From Felis catus (lineage: Eukaryota): a stretch of 64,000 nt of DNA. Position numbers and translations under genes: made by a program. Position 1 is the stretch's first letter. Each line of letters opens with the position of its first letter. Location: positions 91,266,001 to 91,330,000 of the forward strand of contig NC_058368.1 of the NCBI RefSeq assembly GCF_018350175.1, written 5' to 3'. Shown here in pieces: positions 26,259 through 38,171 of this stretch. Below the pieces are notes generated by a model, which saw nothing but the letters and a program-made list of their open reading frames with translations, ran no database searches and was not told where the DNA came from.

Positions 26259-27583
26259 TATAACCTTGGATGGTGAGTAATTTGTTGTGTGAGTGTTCTG
26301 CAAGACAAGCAAACATTTCTAATAAATTTTAACTTAATAAAGGAGCAATGTCTTGCAATACAAGTAGTGCGTAAAGCCAAATGTCACATGATCACAACTG
26401 AGCCAATGGTTCTTGAAATTCACTTTGATATATGAGTGCTTTGGAATATAAGCATGTTTCTGAAATGATTTATGCTCGCAAATCAAGGTTTTACTGTGTG
26501 TATATGTATGTATACACACACACACAATAATTTAGTCAGATTATTTTTGCTATTGGACAAAAGGGATTTACTGATTGGTAAAGCAAATTCATGTGGTACC
26601 TCCAGCAGATAATCCCCACACTAAGAAATCATTATAGGGAGGGAGGAGTCAAGTAAAGCACTGTGAATGAAATGTCCCTGGAAGAATTTATGGTATTGGA
26701 ATAGTGAAGGAGAGGGAGTGCATTTGTTAGTCATGAGAACAAAGGCTTGAGGCAAAGGGAAGAAAGAGAGGCACGAACTGCTTTGTGATATGACTTGATG
26801 GCTAGGCCAGAGGATGTTGTAGGGAATATTCCTAGGAATTGGTTGTAGGATATATATAAAATGGAAAATCTCCATAGTGAGGTGCCTGCCACTGAGATTT
26901 CAATCCATAAAATCAAGGGAAAAGTGATGAGACTGGAGGTTGTTTTTTACCTGGACTATTTCCCAGGACACAGGTAGGTAAAAGAGTACTAGACAGAAGC
27001 TCGAAGATGCTCCAGAAGGAACCTGGTTAATGTGGACTGGAGACGTTGAGGGGTGAGGGAGACCCGTCATCAAGAAGACAAGAGACTGGCTGGGCAGCGG
27101 GTGTGAATATTCTGGTCTCAAAGACAGATAGTTTCCCATAATGGAAACAGAGGAGAAGATAAAAAAGAGGGATAACAGGATATCAAATGAGTTTCTTCCT
27201 GTCATCTTTGAATTGCTACAAAGGCCAAATAGTGAGTAAAACAAGCTCAGAGTATCCCATGCTTCCTTGTTGTAGAGTTTCCCACTTCCAGCATTGGGAA
27301 TGTAGGTTACAGCCAAAAAAAAAAAAAAAAGAATTTCCCAGTTTAAACCTTCAAATTGAGACTCCCCAGGAAACCAGCCACATTTTAGTAGTCACCCACT
27401 GAATTCCTCTTACTATGAGTGGATATAGTGGGAGGAGGTAAGGTAGAGAGTAGGGGCAGCATGGGAGGGTCTTGAATGTCTGCCAGAAGAGTCTCTGTTG
27501 TGGGGAGGAAGGGGCAGCTCTTGGCCTGAGCTTCTGGACAGGATTTTTAGGAGCCTGCAGTCACTGACCCTAGCGCCACTAAC

Positions 27584-27670
27584 CTGAGCTGTCTCCTTCG
27601 TCTCCCACTGCTGCTTTTCCACGTCCTCCTCGGAAACGTGCCTGCTCAGTCCTGCAATGGGCAGCACGTC
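27584..27670 (-). other. Predicted upstream exon B of first OR (87 nt)
   Basis: Acceptor cctttcctttttcag| and donor CAG|gttagt. Both sites and the length are conserved in the paralogous copy at 42522-42608. Confidence 0.6.
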
Positions 27671-27834
27671 CTGAAAAAGGAAAGGCTTGTATGTGTCAAA
27701 CCAGGACACATGCCCCCTTTGAACTTGGTCAGGTGCAGAGGGATTTCGTGTATCTGCTTATCTGCGTGTTTGTGTGCACGTGAATCTGATGTTGGAGGTC
27801 CCATGCCCTCACCTGCTTTTCCAGCCCTTCTTAC

Positions 27835-27960
27835 CTGGCTGTTCTCTGCTGCTGTGAGATGTGGTCATGGTACCCCCATCTCCACTGGCTCCTTGCTTGA
27901 CGCTGGATGATACAAAAGTGTCCGTCAGGGCTGAGGCCTGAGGAATCTTTGTTGCTCTCC
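27835..27960 (-). other. Predicted first exon A of first OR (5' end approximate)
   Basis: Strong donor CAG|gtaag at 27835, conserved in the paralogue (42788). O/E-like motifs lie immediately upstream. Confidence 0.55.
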
Positions 27961-27989
27961 TAGGTCTGGTGTGGATGATTGGGAACAAA

Positions 27990-28090
27990 CAAGCAGATCT
28001 TCCTTCCCTGGAGATTAGGACTTTCTTAGGGATCAGGGCAGAAATAGCTGCCAAGGTTGGGTGTCCCCAGGGTGGATTCCCCATAGAGAC
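27990..28090. promoter_or_regulatory. Putative OR promoter with O/E (EBF)-like sites
   Basis: TCCCTGGAGA (28005-28014, next to GATTA) and TCCCCAGGGT (28064-28073). The second motif is conserved at 43058-43067. Confidence 0.55.
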
Positions 28091-28632
28091 ACACATTTTA
28101 AGTGTTTGTTTTTCATATTCTGTCCAGACACAAAAAATAGGAATGAGAGAGACTAGAATCTTGTTCAAATACTTGTTACACAATTTTGGATACTCACATC
28201 CTCCTTTCTTAATCTGTTGTCTGTCTAGGAAATCAGTGACAGGAAGAGTGGGAGGTATGCTTTGTGATGATCAAATACATAATATACATAAACATTTAAC
28301 CAATTAAGAAACTGTATGAAAAATGTAACAACCACCATAACAGAAAAAGTCAAAAGCTCTTAAAAATACAAGAAAAAATTTACTAATTTACACTTTTATT
28401 AAAATACTTTATTATGCCTTTCTCAAAACTTAATGATTCTAGTAGGCAAAAATCATGTTAATCAGAGATTTGAATTACCAAATTTAAAATATCTAGTAAT
28501 TTTAAATAAGTATATATACACATATGCACAATTACACATACATAACATTTTTATATTAATTATATATAAATAATTCCCTAAACCCAGGGAATATTAACTG
28601 TTATTGAATATCTTATTGGTTATAAGAAAATT

Positions 28633-29090
28633 TGGGCACCTGGGTGGCTCAGTCAATTAAGTGTCCGACTTCAGCTCAGGTCATGATCTCACAGTTTGTG
28701 GGTTCGAGCCCCACGTCAGGCCCTGTGCTGACTCTCAGAGCCTGGAGCCTGCTTTGGATTCTGTGTCTCCCTCTCTCTCTGCCCCTCTCCTGCTCATTCT
28801 CTGTCTCTCTCTGTCTCTCAAAAATAAATAAACGTTAAAAAATTAAAATAAAACTCTTAAAAATTTTCTGAAATCTGGGGCGCCTGGGTGGCGCAGTCGG
28901 TTAAGCGTCCGACTTCAGCCAGGTCACGATCTCGCGGTCCGTGAGTTCGAGCCCCGCGTCAGGCTCTGGGCTGATGGCTCAGAGCCTGGAGCCTGCTTCC
29001 GATTCTGTGTCTCCCTCTCTCTCTGCCCCTCCCCCATTCATGCTCTGTCTCTCTCTGTCCCAAAAATAAATAAACGTTGAAAAAAAATTT
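28633..29090 (+). mobile_element. Two adjacent CAN-SINEs; the second (28877-29090) is a young CpG-intact felid-type copy
   Basis: Second head is ggggcgcctgggtggcgcagtcggttaagcgtccg; TSD ttctgaaatct. Confidence 0.92.
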
Positions 29091-29189
29091 TTTCTGAAAT
29101 CTAAACTTTGGAGACCACATTCTCTGGTCATAAAATAATAAAATTAGAACTCAACAAATATAATACAGAAAGAAAACGAGTTTTTGCTT

Positions 29190-32100
29190 GATTATTTTAA
29201 ATTTAAGTATACTTTATATAGAGTAAAAATAATCTATTTTAGAGTACAGTTCTGCAAGTTTTTGACAAGTGCATCTAGTGTTGTGACCACCATGATAATC
29301 AAAATACCAAACGGTTTAATCATCCTTCAAAATTGCCTTGTGTCCTTTTATAGGTAACCCCTACCCAAACTCCAGCCCCCAGCAATCATGATATAAGTAT
29401 ATCAATATTGCTGTTCATTTTCCTGTTAAGTAATATTTAATTGTTTTGATGTACCAGCATTTGTTAATCCATTCATTAGTTCAAGGACATTTGCACTGTT
29501 TTCTGTTTGATGGATTATGAATAAAGCCACTATAGTTGTTTGTATACAGGGTTTTCTGAACATAGCTTTTTATTTTACTTAAATAGATATCTAGGAGTAT
29601 TGTAGACTGAATGTTTATGTCCCCCAAATTCATATGTTGGAGCCCTAACCCCACTGTGGCTGTATTTGGGGTGTGTGTGTGTGTGTCTAAGCGAGTATTT
29701 AAGGTTAAATGAGGTCACAAGAGTACAGCCCTGTTTTTTTCAAAAAAATTTTTAATGTTTATTTTTGAGAGAGAGAGAGAGAGACAGACAGACAGAGTGT
29801 GAGTGGGGGAGGGGCAGAGAGAAAGGGGGACAGAGGATCCAAAGGAGGCTCCAGGCTCTGAGCTGTCAGCACAGAGCCCAATATGGGGCTCGAACCCACA
29901 AACCGTGAGATCATGACCTGAGCTGAAATCAAGAGCCGGATGCTTAACCAATTGAGCCACCCAGGCACCCCAGGGTACAGCTCTGTTCTGATAGGATTAT
30001 TGTCTTAGAAAAAGAGACCCCAAAGAACTCTCTTCCTCTTTCTGCACAGAGGCACTGAGGAAAGGTCATATGAGGACAGTGGAAAGGTAGTCATGGGCAA
30101 GCCAAGAAGATGGCTCTCCCCAGACACTGAATCTGCTGGAACCTTGATCCTGAACACATAACCTCCAGATCCGTGAGGCAATAAATTCTGGTTTTTTTTT
30201 TTCCCAACGTTTATTTATTTTTGGGACAGAGAGAGACAGAGCATGAACGGGGGAGGGGCAGAGAGAGAGGGAGACACAGAATCGGAAACAGGCTCCAGGC
30301 TCTGAGCCATCAGCCCAGAGCCTGACGCGGGGCTCGATCTCACGGACCGCGAGATGGTGACCTGGCTGAAGTCGGGCGCTTAACCGACTGCGCCACCCAG
30401 GCGCCCCTAAATTCTGTTCTTTAAGCTACCCAGTCTGTGGTGTTGTGTGATGGCTGGACACCTGACTAATAAAGCAAGTGTATGTATAACTTTTTAAGAA
30501 ACTCCATTTTCCAAAGTAGGTGTACCATTTACATTCTCACCAGCAATGAAAGTCAGTTGCTATTGCTCTGCACATCCATGATCTTTTCAGGGTTTGGTTT
30601 TTAGCAATCTAAAGGGCATGTAGAGTGATTTCATTGCGGTTTTAATTTGCAAGTCTGAATACTAATGAGGCAGGGCATCTTTTGCCCATACATCATCTGG
30701 GGTCAAGTGGTCTATTCAAATCTCTTACCCATTTGAAAAATTGAGCTGTTTTCTTATTTTCAAATTTTCAGACTTCTTCACATATTGTGTTTATTAAGCA
30801 TTTATCAGATGTAGCGTTTGCAAATATTTTCTCTGAGTTTGTGGCTCGTCTTTTCATTTTCTTAAAAGTATCTTCAAAGAGCAAACATTTTACATTTTTC
30901 TGAAGTCTGATTTATAATTTTAAATCATGTTATGGATCATGCTTATGTTGTCAGACCTACAAAATCTTTAACGTACGATCACAAAGATTTGTTCCTATGT
31001 TTTCCCCCAGAAATTTATAGTTTTTGTTTTACATTAATGTCCATTATCCATTTTGAGTTAATTTTGTGTATCATGTGAGATAAGGATCTGTTTAATTTTT
31101 TCTTTTTACTCTGCCTATCAAAATATTGCAGTTTATTAAAATATTGTAGTTTATTTATTAAAGAGATTATCTTTTCCACATTTAATTGCTTTGGCACCTT
31201 TTTCTAAAATCAATTTAACATAGATGAGTGGGTCTATTTCTGAGTCTATCATGTTCCATTAATGTATGTATCTATGCTCTGGTCAAAACTATTGTAACTT
31301 GATGTTAAGTCTTGAAATCAGGTAGTGTGAATCCTTCAACTTTGTTTTTCTCAAAATCGTTCATTTGCCTTGCCATATAAATTTTACAAGCAGTTGTTAA
31401 TTTCTAAAAAAAATTTTAAATAGTCCATCAAATATTTTTATTTGACTTGCGATAAATCTGTAAGGTATTTGGAGAGCAGTTGGTTTCTTTCTAATATTTA
31501 GTCTTCCAATCTGTAAACATTGTGATAGTTTCCATTTCTATGTCTTCTTTGATTTTTTTCAAAAACATTTTATAGTTTTTAGCATAGAGACTTTGCATGC
31601 ACTCAGTCAGTTAAGTGGCCAACTCTTGGTTTTGGCTCAGGTCATGATCTCATGGTTCGTGGGTTCGAGCCCTGCATCAAGCTCTGCACTGACAGCCCAG
31701 AGCCTGCTTGGGATTCTCTGTTCTCCCTCTCTCTCTGCCCCTCCCCTGCTCATGTTGCTCACATGCTAGCTCTCTCTGTCTCTCAAAAAAAAAAAAAAAA
31801 AAAAAAGACTTGGCATATGTTTTAAAATTTAGACTTAAGTAGTTCATGTGTTTTGATATATTATAATACTTTAAAAATTGTTGATTTCCAATTATTCATT
31901 GCCGAGATACAGAAATCTGATTGATTTTTATGTGTTGTATCCGATGACCTTGCTAAACTGTGTTCTAGGAGTTTTTTGTTTTCTTGTGAGATTTTTTTTT
32001 GTATATTTCTTGGAATTTTGTACCTGGGCAGTAATGTTATCTACCAGTGGGTTAGCTTTATTTTCTTCCTTTTCAATCTGTATGTATTTTTTTCCCCTGC

Positions 32101-33117
32101 TTCACTGCACTGGCTAGGACTTCCAGTACAATGTTGAATAGGAGTGGTAAGAGTGTATAACTTTGCCTTGTTCCCAGTCTTAGAGGGGAGAACATTTAGT
32201 CTTTAACCATGAAATGTGGTATTGGCTTTAGGCGTTGTGTAGAAGCCTGTAGCAGACTGAGGGACTTCGCTTCTATTTGGAATTCACTGAGCTAATTGGG
32301 TTTTGAATTTTGTCAAATGCTTTTTCTGCATCAACTAATAAGATCATATCATTTTTATTCCTTAGTCAATTTATATGATAGTTACATTAATTGGTCTGAG
32401 GTTCTTCTTTTCTGTAATGTATTTGTCAGATTTGAGTATCAAAGTTACTTACGCTGGCCTAATACAATGAGTGGGAATAAATTCCATCTTCCTGTGTTTT
32501 CTGAAAGAGTTTGTAGAATACCAATATTGTTTTTTCATTCAGTGTTTGATGGAATTCACCAGCATAACCATTTAGACATGGAGTTTTATTTTTGGAAAAG
32601 TTAAAAAAATTTTTTTTAATGTTTATTCATTTTTGAAAGAGAGAGAGAAACAGAGAGAGAGAGAAAGCACAAGCAGGGGAGGTTCAGAGAGAGAGAGAGA
32701 CGCAGAATCTGAAACAGGCTCCAGGCTCTGAGTTGTCAGCAATTCAGATCATGATCTGAGCTTAACTGACTGAGACGTGGGCACCCCTCTTTTTGGAAGA
32801 TTTAAAAAAAAATTTTTTTTAATGTTTATTTTTGACACACACACACAGAGACAGGGCATGAGCAGGGGAGGGGCAGAGAGAGAAGGATACACAGAATCCA
32901 AAGCAGGCTCCAGGCTCTGAGCTGTCAGCACAGAGACTGACACGGGGCTCGAACTCACAGACCACGAGATCATGACCCGAGCTGAAGTCAGACACTCAAC
33001 CGACTGAGACACCCAGGCTCCCCGTCTTTTTGGAAGATTTTTAATGAAGATTTCAATTTCTTTAATAGAAATAGAGCTGTTAATAGTTTTGTTTTATTGG
33101 ATCTGTTGTGGTAAGCA

Positions 33118-33161
<44 letters not shown>

Positions 33162-34000
33162 GCTGGAATTTGTCCTTTTTACCTAAGCTGCCAACTTATT
33201 AGCATAGAGTTTTAATTGATATTTCTTTATTTTCCTTCAAAAGTCTCCAGGATGTGTAGTTATATTAACTCTATTATTCCTTATATAATGTGTTTTCTCT
33301 CTTTTTTTTAATTTTTTAATGCTTTTATTTATTTTTGAGACAGAGACAGAGCATGAGCAGGGGAGGGGCAGAGAGAGGGGGAGACACAGAATCCGAAGCA
33401 GGGTCCAGGCTCTGAACTGGCAGCACAGAGCCTGACGTGGGGCCCGAACTCACGAACTGTGAGATCATGACCTGAGCTGAAGTCGGGCACTCAACCGACT
33501 GAGCCACCCAGGCGCCCTTCTCTTTTTTTTTTTGTAATTAATCTTGCTAGGGTTAACAAATGCGTAATTTAACTGAACCTACTTTTGGTTTTATATTTTC
33601 TTTTCTTAGTCTGTATCTCACTGATTTCTGTTTTCGGCTTTATTATCTCCTTCATTCTAGTTCTTTTGGATATATTTTGCGTTCTTTTTTGCCCCTATAT
33701 GTTTAAGCTGGAAGCATGGATCATTGATTACAAACTTTACTCCTTTTTTTTCTATTGTATCATTTTAAAGTTACAAATTTCCCTCTAAACATCCCACACA
33801 TTATGATACAATTTATTTTCTTTTCCTTTTTTTTACCTCGTAAAAATCCATTCTAATTTAATGACAAATTGGGAAGCAAACACATGCTCTCTTTTTTTCT
33901 AGTTTTATTTTGAAATAGTTGATATACATCACTGTATAAGTTTGAGGCATACAGCATGATGGTTTGATTTACATATATCATGAAATGATTTCCACAGTAA
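29190..34000 (-). mobile_element. Degenerate old L1 (minus) interrupted by an MaLR LTR and several CAN-SINEs
   Basis: L1 ORF2/3' motifs in reverse (e.g. ctaggacttccagtacaatgttgaatag at ~32115). SINEs at ~31600-31805, 32610-33023 and 33300-33517; (TA)n at 33118-33144. Confidence 0.75.
29601..30470 (+). mobile_element. MaLR (MLT1/MST-like) solo LTR containing two reverse CAN-SINEs (~29735-29970; young copy 30190-30407)
   Basis: Typical start tgtagactgaatgtttatgtccccc.aaattcatatgttg and end taaattctgtt.tttaagc.acccagtctgtgg; SINE TSD taaattctg. Confidence 0.8.
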
Positions 34001-34129
34001 GTTCAGCTTACATCAATCATGTCATATAGATACAATATAAAGATATAACTTATTTTTATTATCACCCAGTTGAAAATAGTTACTCATTTCTATTCCATTC
34101 TTTGAGAATTAATTTTTCACCAATTGGTC

Positions 34130-35430
34130 TTTTTAAAAAAATGCTAAAGAATATTCTTTAAGTGGAGGGGAACTAGTACCAGAAGGGAATTTGGTGCTTC
34201 TGTAATCAAAAATAAGAACAAAAATAGTAAATATCTGAGTAAATATAATAGAGAACTTCTCTACCCTTTGTTCTTTAAATGTGTATGGTGGATGAAAGCA
34301 AAAATTATAACAGTGACTCATGATCATCCATATTAAAGACTTTAGCTCTGCAAAAGACTCTGTTAAAAGAATGGAAAGCCAGGTACACGTACCTATGGGG
34401 AAAATATGGACATCACACATCTAACAAAGGACTTCTATCTAGGATATATACAGAACATCCAAAACTCAAAGGTAAAGCGAATTATTCCAACAAAAAATGG
34501 ACAAAGGAGTTGAACAGACATTCCACCAAAGAAGGTATGTAGATAGCAAATAAGCACATGAAAAGCTGCTTAACACCCTTAGCAATTAGAAAAATTCAAA
34601 CTTAGATCCCTTTGAAATAGCATTACACACCAACACCAAATGCTTGTGAGGATGTGGTGCAACTAGACCTACATTGCAGGTGTGAATCCAAAACATTACA
34701 GCCATGATGGAAGATGGCTTGGTAATTTCTTGCAAATTCAAATATGGAGTTACATATGACATGGGATTCTCCCTTTTAGGTATTTACCTGGAGAACAGAA
34801 ACACAAAGCCTGTATGCTAATTTTTAGAGTAGCTTCACCCATCCAATGGAATTCTACTCAGCAATAAAAAAGGAACAAACTGGGGTGCCTGGGTGGCTCA
34901 GTTGGTTAAGCATCCGACTTCAGCTCAGGTCATGATGTCATGGTTCATGAGTTCGAGCCCCACGTTGGGCTCTGTGATGACAGCTCAGAGCCTGGAGCCT
35001 GCTTCAGTCTCTGTCTGTCTGTCTCTCTCTCTCTGCCCCTCCCATGCTCGTGCTCTCTGTCTCAAAAATATATAAACATTAGAAAAAAAAATTTTAAAGG
35101 AAAAAATTATGGATATATACAACAACATGGATGAATCTGTTGAATGAAAGAAAGCAAGACTGAAAAGGTTACATATATTATAATTCCAACTATATGACAT
35201 TCTGGAAAAGGCACAACTCAAGAGGTGGAGAATCAATAGTTGCCAGGGGTTAGGAGTGGAGGGAGAGTTTGTCTATAAAGGGATGGCATGTGGGAACTAT
35301 TTGAGGTAGTAGAGCTGTTCTTTTATCCTACTAGTTATGGTGGTTATACAAACCTGTAGATGTCTTACAACTCATAGAAGTGCATATCAAAAAGTGGTCA
35401 ATTTTCCATATGCAAATTAAAAATGATAAA
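34130..35430 (+). mobile_element. Old L1 (L1MC/MD-like) fragments, plus strand, with CAN-SINE at ~34882-35095
   Basis: ORF2 3' motifs (aaaatggacaaagg..ttgaacagaca, tactcagcaataaaaaagg) and a 3'UTR-like end. Confidence 0.7.
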
Positions 35431-35520
35431 AATCATTATAACAAAAGTAAAAACGAAAATCACCAAATACTTTGAGAGAAAGTGGTATCACTCTGGTTCC
35501 AAACATTTGTTGTATGGGCT

Positions 35521-35570
35521 TGGCCAAGTTAACTTTTCTAGGACCTGGCCAAGTTAACTTCTCTAGGACC
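35521..35570. repeat. 25-bp tandem duplication inside a MIR-like element
   Basis: tggccaagttaactt(t/c)tctaggacc x2. Confidence 0.9.
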
Positions 35571-36238
35571 CAGTTTCCTCATAAAATGATAGGAATATTT
35601 GTAGTATCACCTCATGAGGTTGTATGAGAGCTAAGTGAAATAATACAGAGATACTCCTTCCCATATTGGAATCACTCATTGTCAGTTGTAATTTGACTTA
35701 TTATCAGTGGGCAGGATTGGTGAAACTTGAGTTGACCCATGTAGCTCTCAGTTGCCATAGATAGCCTGTTTTCAGGTTTTTCTGCTTCTGAGATCTCAAA
35801 CCCAAATCAGTCTAAATGTGGATTCTTCACTTTTCACATGGAGACCATGTAGAGCAGTTGACTCTAAAAAGCCTGTGTCTAAAGTCATTCACAATTCCCA
35901 GTCCATCGTGGTGGCCAGCATCTTATAACATTGCTAGGCTCACCCTTAAGAAAATGCATCTGGGTATCACTTGGGATCAATCATCTAATTCACCCAGGCC
36001 TCAGTCTAGTTTTTATCTGTGTAAGGAGGGTCACAGGATCAGCCCTTCTTATAGGTAACAAATGAATGATTTTATGACTTATGAGTACCTGTCAGCCTCA
36101 TTTTAAAGCATGATTGTGGTCACTAATTAGAGAAATAGTTATGGGTGGATTTTGCACCCATCTGGGCCTCAGTAGCCTTTGCAAAATTAAGAAATGTATA
36201 ATTTCCAGTAGGCTTTTTGGCTCTAAAATTTTCTAATT

Positions 36239-37180
36239 CTAGAGTCTTGACAAAACTGGTCTCCTAATAATTAGCTTCCTTAAGGCTCCCTTCATGTCAT
36301 GATTTCTCAGACTATAGATGAAGGGATTGACCAGGGGAGTCACCACTGTGAAGATGACAGTGGCCACTGTGTCTTGGACTGAGTAGGAGGATGAAGGGCG
36401 CATATAGACCCCCAGGATTGCCCCATAGAAGAGGGACACCACAGTGAGGTGGGATCCACATGTGGATAGGGCTTTCCTTATTCCCTGAAGAGATGGAAAC
36501 TTTAACACGTTAGAGAAGATATAGGCATATGAAACAGTGATACATGTGAATGGTGTAATTGACATAAGCCCACCTGCAATGGATACCATCAACTCATTGA
36601 TAAAGGTATCAGAACAAGACAGCTTTAGAACTGCATAGGGGTCACAGAAAAAGTGATGCACAGTATTGTTGAAACAAAAGGTGAGTCGGACCATGAGAAG
36701 AGTGTGTAGGAGAGCATGCAGGTTTGTAATGACCCAAGAGACCACCACCAGAAGGATACAGAGTTTGGGCTTCATGATCATGCTGTAGTGGAGTGGGCAA
36801 CAGATGGCTACATAACGGTCATAGGCCATCACACTCAGAAGGAACCCATCCATGTTGATGAAAGTGATGAAGAAGTAGATCTGGGTCATGCATTCCACAT
36901 AAGAGATAGACTTGCTTCCCAGTATGTGATTCAGCAGCATCTTGGGGGTTGTGACTGATGAAAAGCAGATGTCGATGCAGGAGAGGTTAGCCAAGAAGAA
37001 GTACATGGGGGTATGGAGATGACTGTCACAGCTGATGGCCAGGATGATGAGAATGTTCCCAATGATGGTGACCAGGTACATCCACAAGAACAGCCCAAAG
37101 AGAATCTCTTCCTGCTTTGACTGCCCAGAGAGTCCCAGGAGAAGGAATTCTGTGACCGTAGTCTGGTTGTCTCTATCCAT
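36239..37180 (-). CDS. Olfactory receptor, family 1 (OR1AD-like), 313 aa, intact paralogue
   Basis: Same OR motifs ([10 protein letters not shown]). The true ATG is at 37180; the ORF-track extension to 37225 is intronic/SINE sequence. The acceptor upstream is identical to that of the first OR. Confidence 0.97.
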   Translation of the reverse strand: MDRDNQTTVTEFLLLGLSGQSKQEEILFGLFLWMYLVTIIGNILIILAISCDSHLHTPMYFFLANLSCIDICFSSVTTPKMLLNHILGSKSISYVECMTQIYFFITFINMDGFLLSVMAYDRYVAICCPLHYSMIMKPKLCILLVVVSWVITNLHALLHTLLMVRLTFCFNNTVHHFFCDPYAVLKLSCSDTFINELMVSIAGGLMSITPFTCITVSYAYIFSNVLKFPSLQGIRKALSTCGSHLTVVSLFYGAILGVYMRPSSSYSVQDTVATVIFTVVTPLVNPFIYSLRNHDMKGALRKLIIRRPVLSRL

Positions 37181-37218
37181 GTCTGCAGGGGAGAAAATGT
37201 CGAAATAAAAGGAAATAT

Positions 37219-37430
37219 GGGGCACTTGGGTGGCTCAGTCGGTTAAGCGTCCAATTTCAACTTGGGTCATGATCTAATGGTTCATGGGTTCAAGCCCCGC
37301 ATCAGGCTCCCTGCTGTCAGCACAGAGCCTGCTTCAGATCCTCTGTCCTCCTCTCTCTCTGCCCCTCCCCCTCTCATTCTCTCTCCCTCTCTCTCTCTAA
37401 TATAAATAAACATTCAAAAAAATTTTTTTA
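37219..37430 (+). mobile_element. CAN-SINE just upstream of the second OR's splice acceptor
   Basis: TSD taaaaggaaat on both sides. Confidence 0.92.
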
Positions 37431-38171
37431 AGTAAAAGGAAATGTTTAATTGAGTTCCATTTACCATTTAGAGATTGTAATGTTTTAATGGTACCAGATC
37501 CAAAGTTTACTTCTTAATTAATCTCACTTTAAATATAAAAGTAGATAATAATACATCATCATTTGAGTAAATTTTTTATAACACTGGTTTTGTCATTGAT
37601 AGCACACATTAGATAATTCTACAGAGTTAGCTTTCCTGAAGTAAATAGCTGGTTAATTTCCATAATTTTAATTTATGTTTATTATCTTTGATTACATACA
37701 GCTTACTTCATACTTCACTAACATTCAATGAATATCCGGTATGTGGAGCTATTTTCCCCACACATAATTTTTTAGTTTATGAATGATGAATTCAGTCATT
37801 CATAGATAGGGAGACTGAGAAGAGGAATCAGAGATAAAAACCCTGAGACTCAGAGAGATTCAGTAATAGCACATTAGAATGACAGAACTCATAACATTTA
37901 CAGTCCTAAAACAGTTAAATTCCCTTTTCTTCAAACTCCTCCTTAGTTTTACCTCTACATTTTGATTAACTACCATTTATGGAGAATACAACCAAGTGAA
38001 AAAACAACCAACATAGCCAGGCATCCAGACTCCTTCTTTACATGTAGTTCATTGCTTTATCCTTATTAACATCTGTAAGTTTTAGGAATAACAAGCTTCA
38101 TCAAACAGAAGGAATAAATAAAGCCAGGAGATTTAACCATTTGTTCAAGGCCACATGTTCTTTTACCTGAA

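Noticed and set aside
37181..37225. ORF-track 15-aa N-terminal extension of the second OR (MPHISFYFDIFSPAD)
   Set aside because: Starts at a GTG inside a SINE and runs through the polypyrimidine tract and acceptor; intronic.
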